From: an uncultured Methanomassiliicoccales archaeon | Lineage (GTDB): Archaea > Thermoplasmatota > Thermoplasmata > Methanomassiliicoccales > UBA472 | Assembly (NCBI GenBank): GCA_963755265.1 | Contig: CAVWKV010000084.1 | Coordinates: forward strand, 5,157-69,156 | DNA length: 64,000 nt | Direction: 5' to 3' | In this document: piece by piece, positions 45,395 through 55,125 of the stretch | Numbering within the stretch: position 1 is the first letter of the stretch | Layout: every line of letters begins with the position of its first letter | Notes under the pieces: model-generated | Databases searched by the model: none | What the model saw: the letters and a program-made list of their open reading frames with translations, nothing else | What the model was told of the DNA's origin: nothing | Made by a program: the position numbers and the translations under genes

Positions 45395-46051
45395 TCAGAT
45401 CAGTTTTTGCTGGTTCGTGCCGATCTTGGGCGCTGGGCGGTTCATTTCGGAGGAGGCAGGGGTAATGGAGAGTGAACCAGGATAGGTCCTCAGAATGTCC
45501 TTGACAAGAGCGGGATCCAGCTCCCCTTGTGCGACCCATTCCGCCTCCATGTCCCGATCCAGGATCACCGGCATGCGGTCATGCAAGTCCGCCATGACCT
45601 TGGCAGCCGCCGTCGTCACGATGGTAAAAGAGGATAGCACACTACCATCTCCGCCTTGCCAAACATCATAGAGTCCAGCCATGGCGAAATATTCCTCATT
45701 CCGTACTCTGATCATGTAAGGCACCTTGCCGTCCTCATTCTTCCATTCATAGAAGCCTGAGGTTGGGACGAGGCAGCGTTTTCTCTTTAGAAGAAAGCGG
45801 AAGGATGGTTTTTCGTCCAGCGTCTCGGACCTGGCGTTGAACATCTTGCTCCCGATCTTGACATCTTTGGCCCAGCTTGGAACGAGTCCCCATTGCATCT
45901 CCACCAACCTCCTGCCCTCGAGGTCAAGGATCACCGGGGCCGGCTGGCCTGGAGAGATGCCTGGCCGGGACGTGCATTCTACCGATTCCTCTGGAAGCTC
46001 GAATCGCTCGAAGAACCTGGCCGTTATCGTCAGTGCGAATCTGCCGCACAT
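45395..46051 (-). CDS. SOS-response-associated peptidase (SRAP/YedK family, abasic-site processing)
   Basis: 218-aa ORF beginning MCGRFAL (catalytic Cys2), with FNARSETL and FYEW motifs. Confidence 0.85.
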   Translation of the reverse strand: MCGRFALTITARFFERFELPEESVECTSRPGISPGQPAPVILDLEGRRLVEMQWGLVPSWAKDVKIGSKMFNARSETLDEKPSFRFLLKRKRCLVPTSGFYEWKNEDGKVPYMIRVRNEEYFAMAGLYDVWQGGDGSVLSSFTIVTTAAAKVMADLHDRMPVILDRDMEAEWVAQGELDPALVKDILRTYPGSLSITPASSEMNRPAPKIGTNQQKLI

Positions 46052-46156
46052 ACGGTCTCATAAGAGATGGCAGGGCATAAAGAATGCGGAATTGATGTAT
46101 GACAGAAAGAAAAATGGGATAAAATTGTAAGGTATATTTGGAAAGGGTTTTCGTGA

Positions 46157-46468
46157 TTAGCTCTTCATGATCGCAAGCAGGAAGACCCCGACTGCGATGA
46201 GCGCACCGATGACCGCCGCGATTATGTTGACGAAAGCAGTCCAAATCACGTCGCTTAGGTGTATTCCAGCCCCAAGGTCGACCAGCTTTCCGCCGCCGTA
46301 CATGGTCGCGTAGATCCAAAAGATGGCGACAACCAGTCCGACGACCAGCAGAACGACACCAATGATCCTGCTCTTACCGCTTCCGAAGTAGGCCGTGAAG
46401 GCACCCGCTAGCACCATGAACAGGCCGAAAGTCAGCAGGAGTACTGTCAGGAATTCCATTAAATTCAT
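46157..46468 (-). CDS. Small membrane protein (3 TM), unknown function
   Basis: 103-aa strongly hydrophobic ORF. Confidence 0.5.
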   Translation of the reverse strand: MNLMEFLTVLLLTFGLFMVLAGAFTAYFGSGKSRIIGVVLLVVGLVVAIFWIYATMYGGGKLVDLGAGIHLSDVIWTAFVNIIAAVIGALIAVGVFLLAIMKS

Positions 46469-46672
46469 CTTTGCTCACCCTTCTCATTTCATGTCTGAGA
46501 TATCGGTGTCGACGACCTCTGGGAAGCCTCGCTGAGCGATGTCCAGCCCAATGCCATACGTTCACCTTGGCGCCCCTTTACGGTTTCCGTGTTATTAAAC
46601 ATTTCCCCGTTCAGTGATGACCAGATAATTGAACTAAGTTTGGAGCCAGACCGTTTGAAATCTGTTCGCATT

Positions 46673-47605
46673 CTAAGGCGAAGACCTCGCCCGGTCCAAT
46701 ACCGCTGCCCAATCTGGCACGTTCGTCAGGGACCCCCTGGCCTCGATCACGAAAGAGGCGGCCGATGCTCCCATCCTAGCACTGTCCTTGATCGAATAAT
46801 TCCGGTAGATCCCCGCAAAATATCCAGCACGGAACGCGTCACCAGCCCCGGTGGTGTCGACGACCTTGTCCGGCCTTATTGCCGGTATCTCCACCTCACC
46901 ATCGACAGTGAATATCCTGCTGCCTCGAGAGCCGATCGTGTTGAAAAGTACATCGACATGGTCCAATAAATCCTCTGGACGCTTCGCCCCCAGATACCTC
47001 ATGGCCGTGCTCAGTTCGTTCTCGTTGCAGAAGAACGCATCGCACATCCCGATGGCCTCCTGGAACGTGTCGGCCGTCCATATGTGATGGATTTCCTGAG
47101 CAGGGTCAAAGGAGACCGTCTTGCCGAGCCTGACGCATTCTCTCATGAGGCGCAGATAATATTCTGGACGACCTGTCATGATATGAACGAATTCCGCCTC
47201 TTTGGCCGCATCCATCCTCAGTTCAAACTCATCCATCCTTCGCATCGGACCCTGATATACATAGGCGATCTGGTTATGGGAAGAGTCAGACACGATCCAC
47301 ACTGTGGGTGTCTCATATCCGTCGACCTCGACCAAATCCCGCAGATCAACTCCTTTCTCCGTCATCAGCGCCTTGAACTCCGCTGGCATGTCCTTTCCCA
47401 CGTAAGATGCCAGTGCGGTCGGGACCCCAAGCGCGGCCGCTACAGTTGCAACATTGGCGCCAGTGCCCCCGAAGAATCTCTGCTTCTCCACCACATCGAC
47501 GGATGTGTTCTTGTCGGGGAACCGCTCCAATGACATGATGAAGTCAATGTTAGTGTGGCCGTAGACACAAAGGAATGGTTTCAAATTCAGGTCCCTTCCT
47601 GCCAT
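46673..47605 (-). CDS. PfkB-family carbohydrate/nucleoside kinase
   Basis: 310-aa ORF with GGTGANVA and the C-terminal DTTGAGDAFRAGY motifs. It overlaps the end of ahcY by 19 nt, suggesting an operon. Confidence 0.8.
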   Translation of the reverse strand: MAGRDLNLKPFLCVYGHTNIDFIMSLERFPDKNTSVDVVEKQRFFGGTGANVATVAAALGVPTALASYVGKDMPAEFKALMTEKGVDLRDLVEVDGYETPTVWIVSDSSHNQIAYVYQGPMRRMDEFELRMDAAKEAEFVHIMTGRPEYYLRLMRECVRLGKTVSFDPAQEIHHIWTADTFQEAIGMCDAFFCNENELSTAMRYLGAKRPEDLLDHVDVLFNTIGSRGSRIFTVDGEVEIPAIRPDKVVDTTGAGDAFRAGYFAGIYRNYSIKDSARMGASAASFVIEARGSLTNVPDWAAVLDRARSSP

Positions 47606-48834
47606 GCCTCTAGGTATTTCTTTTGTACCGGAGTGAGCTTGTCGATGTTCACTCCCATAGTGCGCAGCTTGATCCGGGCCACGTCCTCATCCATCTCCGG
47701 TGGGACGTTATAGACCTCCGCCTTGAGGGTCCTGTGGTTCTTGACCAGGTATTCCAGGGATAGCGCCTGGATGGAGAAGCTCATATCCATAATCTCCGCC
47801 GGGTGGCCCTGTCCTGCCGCAAGGTTCATCAGCCTTCCTTCAGCGATCAGGTAGACCTTCCGGTTCCCCGGCAGGTTGTATTGGTCCACGAACTCGCGTA
47901 CCCGGACCGGCTTGGAGCCGTAGGACTCGAGCGATGGCTTTGAGATCTCGTTGTCAAAGTGACCGGTGTTGCCCAACACGCAACCGTCCTTGACGACCTC
48001 CAAATGCTCCCTGGTGACGATATCCTTGCATCCTGTGACTGAGATGATTATATCGGCCTGTTTCGCCGCCTCCAGCATGGGCATGACATTGAAACCGTCC
48101 ATCTTGGCCTCGATGGCCCTGATCGGGTTCACTTCTGTGACGATGACATTGGCACCTAATCCTTTGGCCCTCATCGCAACGCCCTTCCCACACCATCCGT
48201 AACCGGCAACGACCAGGTTCTTGCCGGCAACCAATAGATTGGTAGCGTTCATCCATCCGTCGAAGGTTGATTGTCCAGTTCCATATCTGTTATCGAACAG
48301 GTACTTCATCTGAGCATCATTCACGGAGATGACCGGGAATTTCAGCTTTCCTTCTTTTGCCATGGCCCGAAGCCTGATGACGCCGGTGGTGGTCTCCTCG
48401 TTCCCCCCCTTGACGTGGGGTAGTTGATTCTGGCGCTCGGTGTGGAGCATTGTGATCAGGTCCGCACCGTCATCGATGACGAATTCCGGATCGAGGTCCA
48501 GGACCGCGTTCAGGTTGTGATAGTACTCCTCGGTCGACTCCCACTTCTTGGCATACGTCTCGATGCCGTACTTTTCCCGCAGGGCCAGCGATACTGAGTC
48601 ATCGGTGGACAATGGATTACAGCTTGCCAGTCTGACCTTTGCTCCAGCCTTTGCCAGAGAAACGGCGAGCATGCCGGTCTTGGCCTCCACATGCAAGGCC
48701 ATGCCGACCTTGACCCCCTTTAGGGTCTGCTCCCTGACCAGCCTCTCTCTGATCTCTTTAAGAACCGGCATATGCGAGTTGGCCCATTCCAGCCGCCTCA
48801 CGCCTTTTGTCAGAAGTTCGTTGTCCGTCACCAT
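47587..48834 (-). CDS. ahcY: Adenosylhomocysteinase (SAH hydrolase)
   Basis: 415-aa ORF with RLEWANSHMPVL, DDGADL, GYGWCGKGVA (NAD site) and GHFDNEI signatures. Confidence 0.9.
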   Translation of the reverse strand: MVTDNELLTKGVRRLEWANSHMPVLKEIRERLVREQTLKGVKVGMALHVEAKTGMLAVSLAKAGAKVRLASCNPLSTDDSVSLALREKYGIETYAKKWESTEEYYHNLNAVLDLDPEFVIDDGADLITMLHTERQNQLPHVKGGNEETTTGVIRLRAMAKEGKLKFPVISVNDAQMKYLFDNRYGTGQSTFDGWMNATNLLVAGKNLVVAGYGWCGKGVAMRAKGLGANVIVTEVNPIRAIEAKMDGFNVMPMLEAAKQADIIISVTGCKDIVTREHLEVVKDGCVLGNTGHFDNEISKPSLESYGSKPVRVREFVDQYNLPGNRKVYLIAEGRLMNLAAGQGHPAEIMDMSFSIQALSLEYLVKNHRTLKAEVYNVPPEMDEDVARIKLRTMGVNIDKLTPVQKKYLEAWQEGT

Positions 48835-49325
48835 GAATCACTAGGCCTACATGCAAGGAGGGGAAATTAGTCTTTCGTTCCAGTGAATTGACTGGTGAGG
48901 GGTCAGGGATGAGGTCGAGTCTTTGGCATGATCCGGCCGTCCGAGCGGGTCTATCTTCGCAAGCAGAACGGCCGGGCCGAAAGGAGGGAGCCTCCCCTAA
49001 GCTCGTCTACCCTATCTGCTCGTTTGGGTCTTTGAGACGGTGACGGCGATGATCCTCTTGGGAATGGGGGCAGGCCGGTGAAACACGGTTAACATATGGG
49101 GGAGTCCATGACCTCGGAAGTGGAAACCTCGCCGATAGTCTTCAAGCTCATGGGCGAGCTGGAAGGTCGGAGATCAGCGCACAGCATTTACACCCCGAAG
49201 AAGAGACCGCCGAATCGCTTCGAAAGATCGCGCGGCTGAAAAGGATCGCCAAGGGCGACCTTGTAAGCGACCTGCTTACGCTTTCTCTATATGTTACGCT
49301 ATTTTCGCCCTTCAATTTTCCATTA

Positions 49326-51563
49326 TTGTTCGACAAGGCAAATATATATACCGCATCTGGGTCAATAGACATATCAGTGACCGTTGTGGGGAATACTTCA
49401 AGGATCCTGCTCGTGGACGACGAGCCGAACATTCTGGACGTGACTATGGAGTTCCTGTCGCTCGACCCGGAGTTCGAGATCGTTACCGCTCCTTCGGCTA
49501 TCGAGGGCATTCAGAAGCTAGCAGAAATGGACTACGATGCTGTCGTCTCCGATTACCAGATGCCGGTGATGGATGGCATCGGTTTCCTGAAGGAGGTCAG
49601 GAAAAGGAGCAGTATCCCTTTCATCCTGTTCACGGGGAGAGGCCGCGAGGAGATCGTCATCGAGGCGATCAACTCTGGTGCTGATTACTACATCAAGAAG
49701 GGGGGTGAAGCCAAAGCCCAGTTCACCGAGCTGACCAATGCCATCAAGCAGGCCATCGCTCGATGCCAGGCAGAGCGGGCGCATATAGAGGCCAAGGAAC
49801 GTTATCGCTCGCTCTACGAACACGTCCTGAGCCTGGTCTATACGCACGATCTCCAAGGGACCGTTCTTGATGCGAATCCAGCCACCTTGAATCTCTTAGG
49901 ATATAATAGGGACGATGTGGTCGGAAAGAACATCGTGGACTTCGTCATGCCTCAGCAGATCTCTTCAGCCACCGCCAGCGTACAGGAGATCATCCAGACT
50001 GGCAGTCTGAAACGATTCGAGGAGTACAAGCTCCGCCGAAAGGATGGGAAGTATCTCGATATTGAGGTCGCTGGATCATTGGTGAACCGGGACGGCAAAC
50101 CTATTGCCATTCAGGGAATGGGGCGTGACATCACCGAACGGAAACGGGCTGATGAGATTGCAAGGGATGCTGCCGCCTACGCAAGGAGCCTGATCGAGGC
50201 GAGCCTGGACCCCCTGGTCACGATCAATGCGGAGGGCAAGATCACGGATGTCAACCTCGCAACCTCCAGGCTCACCGGGGTACCGCGCGAGAAGATCATC
50301 GGGACCGATTTCTCACAATACTTCACCGAGCCGCGGAAGGCGAAAGAGGGGTATCTCAAGGCTTTCGTCGACGGAGAGGTCCGGGACTATCCCTTGACGA
50401 TAGTCCCCCCGTCTGGCTATCGGATGGATGTGCTGTACAACGCGTCCATCTATAAGGATGACAAAGGAGCGGTAAGGGGTGTGTTTGCCGCGGCCCGGGA
50501 CGTCACCGAGCTCAGGCTGGCGGAGAAGGAACTGCGGCAGGAACGGGACCGGGCCCAAAAATATCTGGATCTGGCCGGTTTCATCTTCCTAGCCTTAGAC
50601 AACGAATCGAAAATCACCTTGCTCAACCGGAAAGGGTGCCGGATCCTCGGCTGCGCCGACCCGCCGACCGGAAGGAGCTGGCTTGACTTCATTCCTGAAA
50701 AGATCCGGGAGAACATGGGAGAGGTCCTTAGACAACTGAACAATGGCGAGCTGGAAATGATAGAATATTACGAGTACCCCATCCGCACGGTCGACGGAGA
50801 GGAGCGTTTGATCGCTTGGCACAACACGGCCTTGCGCGACGAGACCGGGAGGATCGCCGGTACTCTCAGCTCCGGCGAGGACATCACTGATCGCAGAGAG
50901 GCGTCTGAAGCGATCGCCGAGAAGAACAAGAAGCTCAACCTGTTGACAAGGATAACATTACATGATGTCCAGAATCAAATCGTTGTTCTCAATGGATTGA
51001 TCCAACGGGTCCGGCATGAATCGGACCGTTCCGTCTCAATAGGATCCCTGACGAAAATGCTGCGCGCCACCGAGAAGGTCCAGTCATGCCTCAATTTCGC
51101 ACGCGAGTATCAGAGATTGGGGAAGACCCCGCTGAGCTGGCAGAACCTCCACGAATGCCTGGTAGACCTCGTGTCCAGTTTCGATTCGAAATACATTCGT
51201 CTTGAGGTGGACGTCGACGGTTGGGAGATCTTCTCTGACGCGATGCTGAACCGGGTCTTCTTTAACCTTGTCGACAACACCGTCAGCCACGGTCAAAAGG
51301 CAACGAGGATCGGTATATCTGCACGGGAGCACGAGGGGGAGCTTATCCTGTGGTATGAGGACGACGGCTTGGGTGTGCCGGCGGAGCAGAAGGCAACGAT
51401 CTTCGAGGCGAGACAAGGGGACGAGGGGCATCACGGCCTCATGATGGCAAAGGAGATACTGACAATCTCCGGCATCACCATCGAGGAGAAAGGCGTGCCC
51501 GGACAGGGAGTGTTGTTCGAGGTCAGAGTCCCCTCGGAGGCATACCGGAGACGTTCCCACTAG
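49326..51563 (+). CDS. Hybrid sensor: receiver domain, multiple PAS domains, histidine kinase
   Basis: REC (RILLVDDEPNIL...DYQMPVMDG...K), at least 3 PAS units (repeated GRDITERK / ARDVTEL / GEDITDRR ends), an H-box (ITLHDVQNQ) and HATPase (NLVDNTVSHG, DDGLGVP). The real start is probably GTG 49377 or 49386, not TTG 49326. Confidence 0.85.
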   Translation: MFDKANIYTASGSIDISVTVVGNTSRILLVDDEPNILDVTMEFLSLDPEFEIVTAPSAIEGIQKLAEMDYDAVVSDYQMPVMDGIGFLKEVRKRSSIPFILFTGRGREEIVIEAINSGADYYIKKGGEAKAQFTELTNAIKQAIARCQAERAHIEAKERYRSLYEHVLSLVYTHDLQGTVLDANPATLNLLGYNRDDVVGKNIVDFVMPQQISSATASVQEIIQTGSLKRFEEYKLRRKDGKYLDIEVAGSLVNRDGKPIAIQGMGRDITERKRADEIARDAAAYARSLIEASLDPLVTINAEGKITDVNLATSRLTGVPREKIIGTDFSQYFTEPRKAKEGYLKAFVDGEVRDYPLTIVPPSGYRMDVLYNASIYKDDKGAVRGVFAAARDVTELRLAEKELRQERDRAQKYLDLAGFIFLALDNESKITLLNRKGCRILGCADPPTGRSWLDFIPEKIRENMGEVLRQLNNGELEMIEYYEYPIRTVDGEERLIAWHNTALRDETGRIAGTLSSGEDITDRREASEAIAEKNKKLNLLTRITLHDVQNQIVVLNGLIQRVRHESDRSVSIGSLTKMLRATEKVQSCLNFAREYQRLGKTPLSWQNLHECLVDLVSSFDSKYIRLEVDVDGWEIFSDAMLNRVFFNLVDNTVSHGQKATRIGISAREHEGELILWYEDDGLGVPAEQKATIFEARQGDEGHHGLMMAKEILTISGITIEEKGVPGQGVLFEVRVPSEAYRRRSH

Positions 51564-51779
51564 CATTTGTGCGGGTGGGAATCAAGATCAACCGGCCACG
51601 TCAAACAACTTAAATATGGTACAACAGATGTTTTATGGCGCGCCGACTAAGCATATTGACGGGATGGTTCGGTGTCGGATCCCGTGGCCGGTCGCGCATT
51701 ACAAATTCACGTTTAGGTGACTATATATTTATTGGTTTCATTTGAATATTCTAAATGTTTTCATTTAATATAGCCTCAT

Positions 51780-51841
51780 GACCGTTCGACATGAATGCAC
51801 TGGCTAAATTGAGAGATCTAGCGCATTCATCCCGAACGGTC
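51780..51841. other. Long imperfect hairpin in a convergent intergenic region
   Basis: GACCGTTCG..ATGAATGC (51780-51798) pairs with GCATTCAT..CGAACGGTC (51823-51841), giving 9+8 bp with a 2-nt internal mismatch and a 24-nt loop. It lies between the ends of the kinase and phosphopantothenate synthetase genes. Confidence 0.5.
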
Positions 51842-51864
51842 GAGCCAGCCATCAATGAGGATAA

Positions 51865-52620
51865 CTAGTCTTTTGATGCCATTTCGAACTTCAAATGGTC
51901 GGATATCTCCTTCACCATGTGCCCTAGGTTACGACGGTTGTTGAACCCAGCAATCAGCGCGCACCTCCTCTTCCCGTCGTCCGCCAGTTCTTTCGCGGAA
52001 GAGATGATGTTAGGCACCGCCCGGGTCAATTCGTCCACGATGCTCACGTTCGCCGCCATGGAGGTTCTCGAAACCGGGTTCAGGTCGATGGAGATCACTT
52101 TCTTCCCAGTCTTTGCAAGGGCCTCCGCCCGGTCCCCGTCCTCAAGCGGGATGAGCACGACGTCGGCGATTCCGATTCCTTCGCTGGCACACAGCGCGCG
52201 ATCCGATGCGATCCCCTGTAGCGTATAATCCTGGACACGGCCTAGGACGTCCTTGGCCCCCTGCGATTCAAGATAGGCACACACCAGCTCGATCCGTTCC
52301 ACGGAACGGTGGAACAGGTTGACCTCAAGCCTGGCATTGATCGTCTTGGAGAGCTCTATCAGTTCCTTCGGGGCCAACGCAGCGGCGTTGCCATTTACGG
52401 TGATTACCGGCCGTTCTGCTTCCATCAGCATCGCGGCCGCCACTCGCTCCGCCAATTGGGCTGGCGGCATTGTCTTTTCTCCAATTAGATAGTCGAAAGC
52501 TTCACCCCGACCGTGGGCGATCAGCCCGGTCGGTGCGACGATGCCTTGCCGCATCATCTCCGACATCCTCTCCCTAACGACCAATGATTTGTAACGGGGA
52601 TGATCCCTAGAGATTTCCAC
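51865..52620 (-). CDS. Archaeal phosphopantothenate synthetase (4-phosphopantoate--beta-alanine ligase, COG1701)
   Basis: 251-aa ORF with a GTG start. HPRYKSLVVRERMSEMMRQGIVAPTGLIAHGRGEAFDYLIGE is characteristic of this archaeal CoA-pathway enzyme. Confidence 0.7.
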   Translation of the reverse strand: MEISRDHPRYKSLVVRERMSEMMRQGIVAPTGLIAHGRGEAFDYLIGEKTMPPAQLAERVAAAMLMEAERPVITVNGNAAALAPKELIELSKTINARLEVNLFHRSVERIELVCAYLESQGAKDVLGRVQDYTLQGIASDRALCASEGIGIADVVLIPLEDGDRAEALAKTGKKVISIDLNPVSRTSMAANVSIVDELTRAVPNIISSAKELADDGKRRCALIAGFNNRRNLGHMVKEISDHLKFEMASKD

Positions 52621-52846
52621 AGTACACAGAGAGAATAATAGGGTTTAAATGCTTCCTGATGTTAGAACCGATGAAGGCATTTGCGTAGCCATCTATCAAA
52701 TGGCTATATAATATCGTAAAACGGAACCGTGCAAAAAGACTAAAAAGGTCCAAACTAAAACATAATAAAGGTTTGCACAATGCTTTTATAGCAAATGTCC
52801 ATTTCTAGTATTAACACCGGACAGGAAGCGGTGTGAATGGTGAACC

Positions 52847-53116
52847 ATGCAGTTTCTTGGAAAGGTCCAAGAAGTGACTTTTGACGGCAGGATAATTGTC
52901 AAAGGCTCCTTTGCGCCGATAATACGGTCCAGAGTAGTCGACAACCGCAATAAGATTGTGGGGAAGGTTCTGCGGATCTTTGGTCCTGTTGATTCACCAT
53001 ACGTCACGATCGAGCCTACCGGTGATTATAGCCTGCTCTCTGCCATAGGGAAGCAGGTATACGTGGAAGGGGTCGAAGAACATGGCAAAACCAAAGGAAG
53101 GGACCGAAGAAGTTGA
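52847..53116 (+). CDS. gar1: H/ACA RNP protein Gar1
   Basis: 89-aa ORF with [17 protein letters not shown]...[26 protein letters not shown]. The conserved gar1-tfb adjacency supports it. Confidence 0.8.
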   Translation: MQFLGKVQEVTFDGRIIVKGSFAPIIRSRVVDNRNKIVGKVLRIFGPVDSPYVTIEPTGDYSLLSAIGKQVYVEGVEEHGKTKGRDRRS

Positions 53117-54014
53117 AAGATGCCCAGAGTGCAATAGCGGGCACTTGGTTAGGGACTATGAGAGGGGTGAGCTCATCTGCGAGGAATGCGGCCTCGTTAT
53201 CGATGATCAGTTCATCGACCTCGGACCGGAATGGCGGGCCTTTGACGTAGAGCAGGGCGAGAAAAGGGCCAGAACCGGCGCGCCGATGACCTATACCATT
53301 CACGATAAAGGACTTTCCACCGAGATCTCTTGGAAGAATAAGGACAGCTACGGCAAGAGCATTCCAACCAGGAACCGGGCCCAGCTGTATCGTCTCCGGA
53401 AATGGCAGCGGAGGATCCGCGTCTCCAACGCTACAGAAAGGAACCTGGCCTTCGCACTGAGCGAGCTGGATCGAATGGCGTCAGCGATGGGTTTGCCGCG
53501 AAATGTGCGCGAGACCGCAGCAATGGTCTACAGGAAGGCGGTCAACAAGAACCTCATACGTGGCAGGAGCATAGAGGGCGTGGTCGCGGCCTCGTTGTAT
53601 GCAGCTTGCAGGCAATGCAATGTGCCACGTACATTGGACGAGGTGGCGAACTCCTCGCGCGTCGGTCGTAAAGAGATCGGCCGTACCTATAGGTTCATGA
53701 CCCGCGAGCTAAAGTTGAAGTTGATGCCCACTCGGCCGCAGGACTATGTGCAACGGTTCTGCTCCGAGCTCAAGCTCTCCGGTGAGGTCCAGTCGAAGGC
53801 AGCGGACATATTGAAAGACGCTGCCAAGAAGGAGCTCACATCCGGCCGTGGTCCGACCGGTGTTGCGGCAGCGGCCATCTACATCGCCTCCATACTGTGC
53901 AACGAACGCAGGACGCAGCGTGAGGTAGCTGATATTGCGGGGGTCACCGAGGTCACTATCCGTAACCGGTACAAGGAACTCACCGACAAGCTCGGCATCG
54001 AGATACAGCTCTAA
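53082..54014 (+). CDS. tfb: Transcription initiation factor IIB (TFB)
   Basis: 310-aa ORF with the zinc ribbon [24 protein letters not shown], a B-reader/linker and two cyclin folds. Confidence 0.92.
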   Translation: MAKPKEGTEEVERCPECNSGHLVRDYERGELICEECGLVIDDQFIDLGPEWRAFDVEQGEKRARTGAPMTYTIHDKGLSTEISWKNKDSYGKSIPTRNRAQLYRLRKWQRRIRVSNATERNLAFALSELDRMASAMGLPRNVRETAAMVYRKAVNKNLIRGRSIEGVVAASLYAACRQCNVPRTLDEVANSSRVGRKEIGRTYRFMTRELKLKLMPTRPQDYVQRFCSELKLSGEVQSKAADILKDAAKKELTSGRGPTGVAAAAIYIASILCNERRTQREVADIAGVTEVTIRNRYKELTDKLGIEIQL

Positions 54015-54113
54015 ACTCCTACTGGCCCGTCCTTTTTGGGCCAATTAAATCTGTTAATCATTACCTTTTTATCGCTAGTCTGCAATAGGATTATATTCTG
54101 TCAGTGTGACGTT

Positions 54114-55124
54114 ATGCAACGCAAGAACATGCTCCTCAAGCCGATGGCTGCCTGGCTCATCATCGCCGGTCTTCTCATCGTTATCTCAATCTTCTATGCC
54201 ATCTTCGCTGCGCACACCATTGGGGTGATCGACGGTATCTTGCTTATGCTGGTCCTAGTCCTGGTCGCTGCATGGGAAATGACCGTAGCCCGTTCCGTTT
54301 GGGGGTCGCAGGTCGGTGAACGCGAGAATATAATCCGTTCTATGACGGTGTCCCTGCTTGCCCGTGCATTCCTGATCTATCTGATATTTGATGTGAACGC
54401 ATTCGATAAGATCAGCCATTTCGGCAATCTGAACTCTAGTCAGCAGACTGGACTAGTGCTATCGGTGTTGTCGATCATCTCCGGGGTCATCGAGCTATCG
54501 GTCCTGATAATAGCCATCAGGAAGAAGGAATACTTCCAGCCCTCAAAGGAAGAGCTAGAGAACGCCCTGCGAAAGATCGGGGGGGCGGCGGTCAAATCAG
54601 TATCGGAATGCCCCAAATGCAGCGAGCTGGTCGAGCTGGAATGGACCCTGTGCCCGAACTGCGGTTCAACGTTGCCGAAGTATTGTGCCAGCTGTGGAGA
54701 GGAGCTCAATACCGTTCAGGACGTGTGCCCGAAGTGCGGCACCAAGGTCGAAGCGCCAATGTCGCTGAAGGCCATGATCCAGACGCTGAAAGCCAGCGCC
54801 GAGTCCCCGGCAATGCAGGAGACCCGATCTGCTAGGTATGCCAGGCTGGCGGAGGCTCAGCTGAAGGGCGGGGATGTGGAAGGTGCGGTCGAGTCCTATA
54901 AGAAGGCGGTCCAATTCACCGAGTTCAGCCGCAAGCGGACCAACTTCATGGTCAAGATGGCCGTGATTCTCAACAACACTGGCAGGAAGGACGATGCCAT
55001 GAAGTTGCTGGAGGCATCCTTGGAGATGGAACCGGAAGATTGGGCAGGGGCCAAGAAGGTCATCGAGGACATCAAGAACGACAGATCGGCTGGTAGTTCG
55101 AAAGTGGGCACCGCAGTCCCATAA
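54114..55124 (+). CDS. Membrane protein with double zinc-ribbon and TPR-like C-terminus
   Basis: About 4 TMs, then CPKCS...CPNCG...CASCG...CPKCG, then a helical repeat region. The ORF opens at TTG 54036; ATG 54114 is the likelier start. Confidence 0.55.
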   Translation: MQRKNMLLKPMAAWLIIAGLLIVISIFYAIFAAHTIGVIDGILLMLVLVLVAAWEMTVARSVWGSQVGERENIIRSMTVSLLARAFLIYLIFDVNAFDKISHFGNLNSSQQTGLVLSVLSIISGVIELSVLIIAIRKKEYFQPSKEELENALRKIGGAAVKSVSECPKCSELVELEWTLCPNCGSTLPKYCASCGEELNTVQDVCPKCGTKVEAPMSLKAMIQTLKASAESPAMQETRSARYARLAEAQLKGGDVEGAVESYKKAVQFTEFSRKRTNFMVKMAVILNNTGRKDDAMKLLEASLEMEPEDWAGAKKVIEDIKNDRSAGSSKVGTAVP

Positions 55125-55125
55125 T

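Noticed and set aside
48877-48903. An ORB-like sequence, GTTCCAGTGAATTGACTGGTGAGGGGT, resembling the start of the euryarchaeal origin-recognition-box consensus followed by a G-string.
   Set aside because: There is only one copy, and the match breaks after 9 nt. There is no second inverted copy or AT-rich unwinding element nearby, and cdc6 is 33 kb away.
52645-52693. A hairpin (AAATGCTTC…GAAGGCATTT) containing TGATG and CTGA strings upstream of the phosphopantothenate synthetase gene, considered as a C/D-box sRNA.
   Set aside because: Box order and spacing do not fit the C-D'-C'-D layout, and no terminal kink-turn pairing is present. It is more simply a promoter-proximal palindrome.
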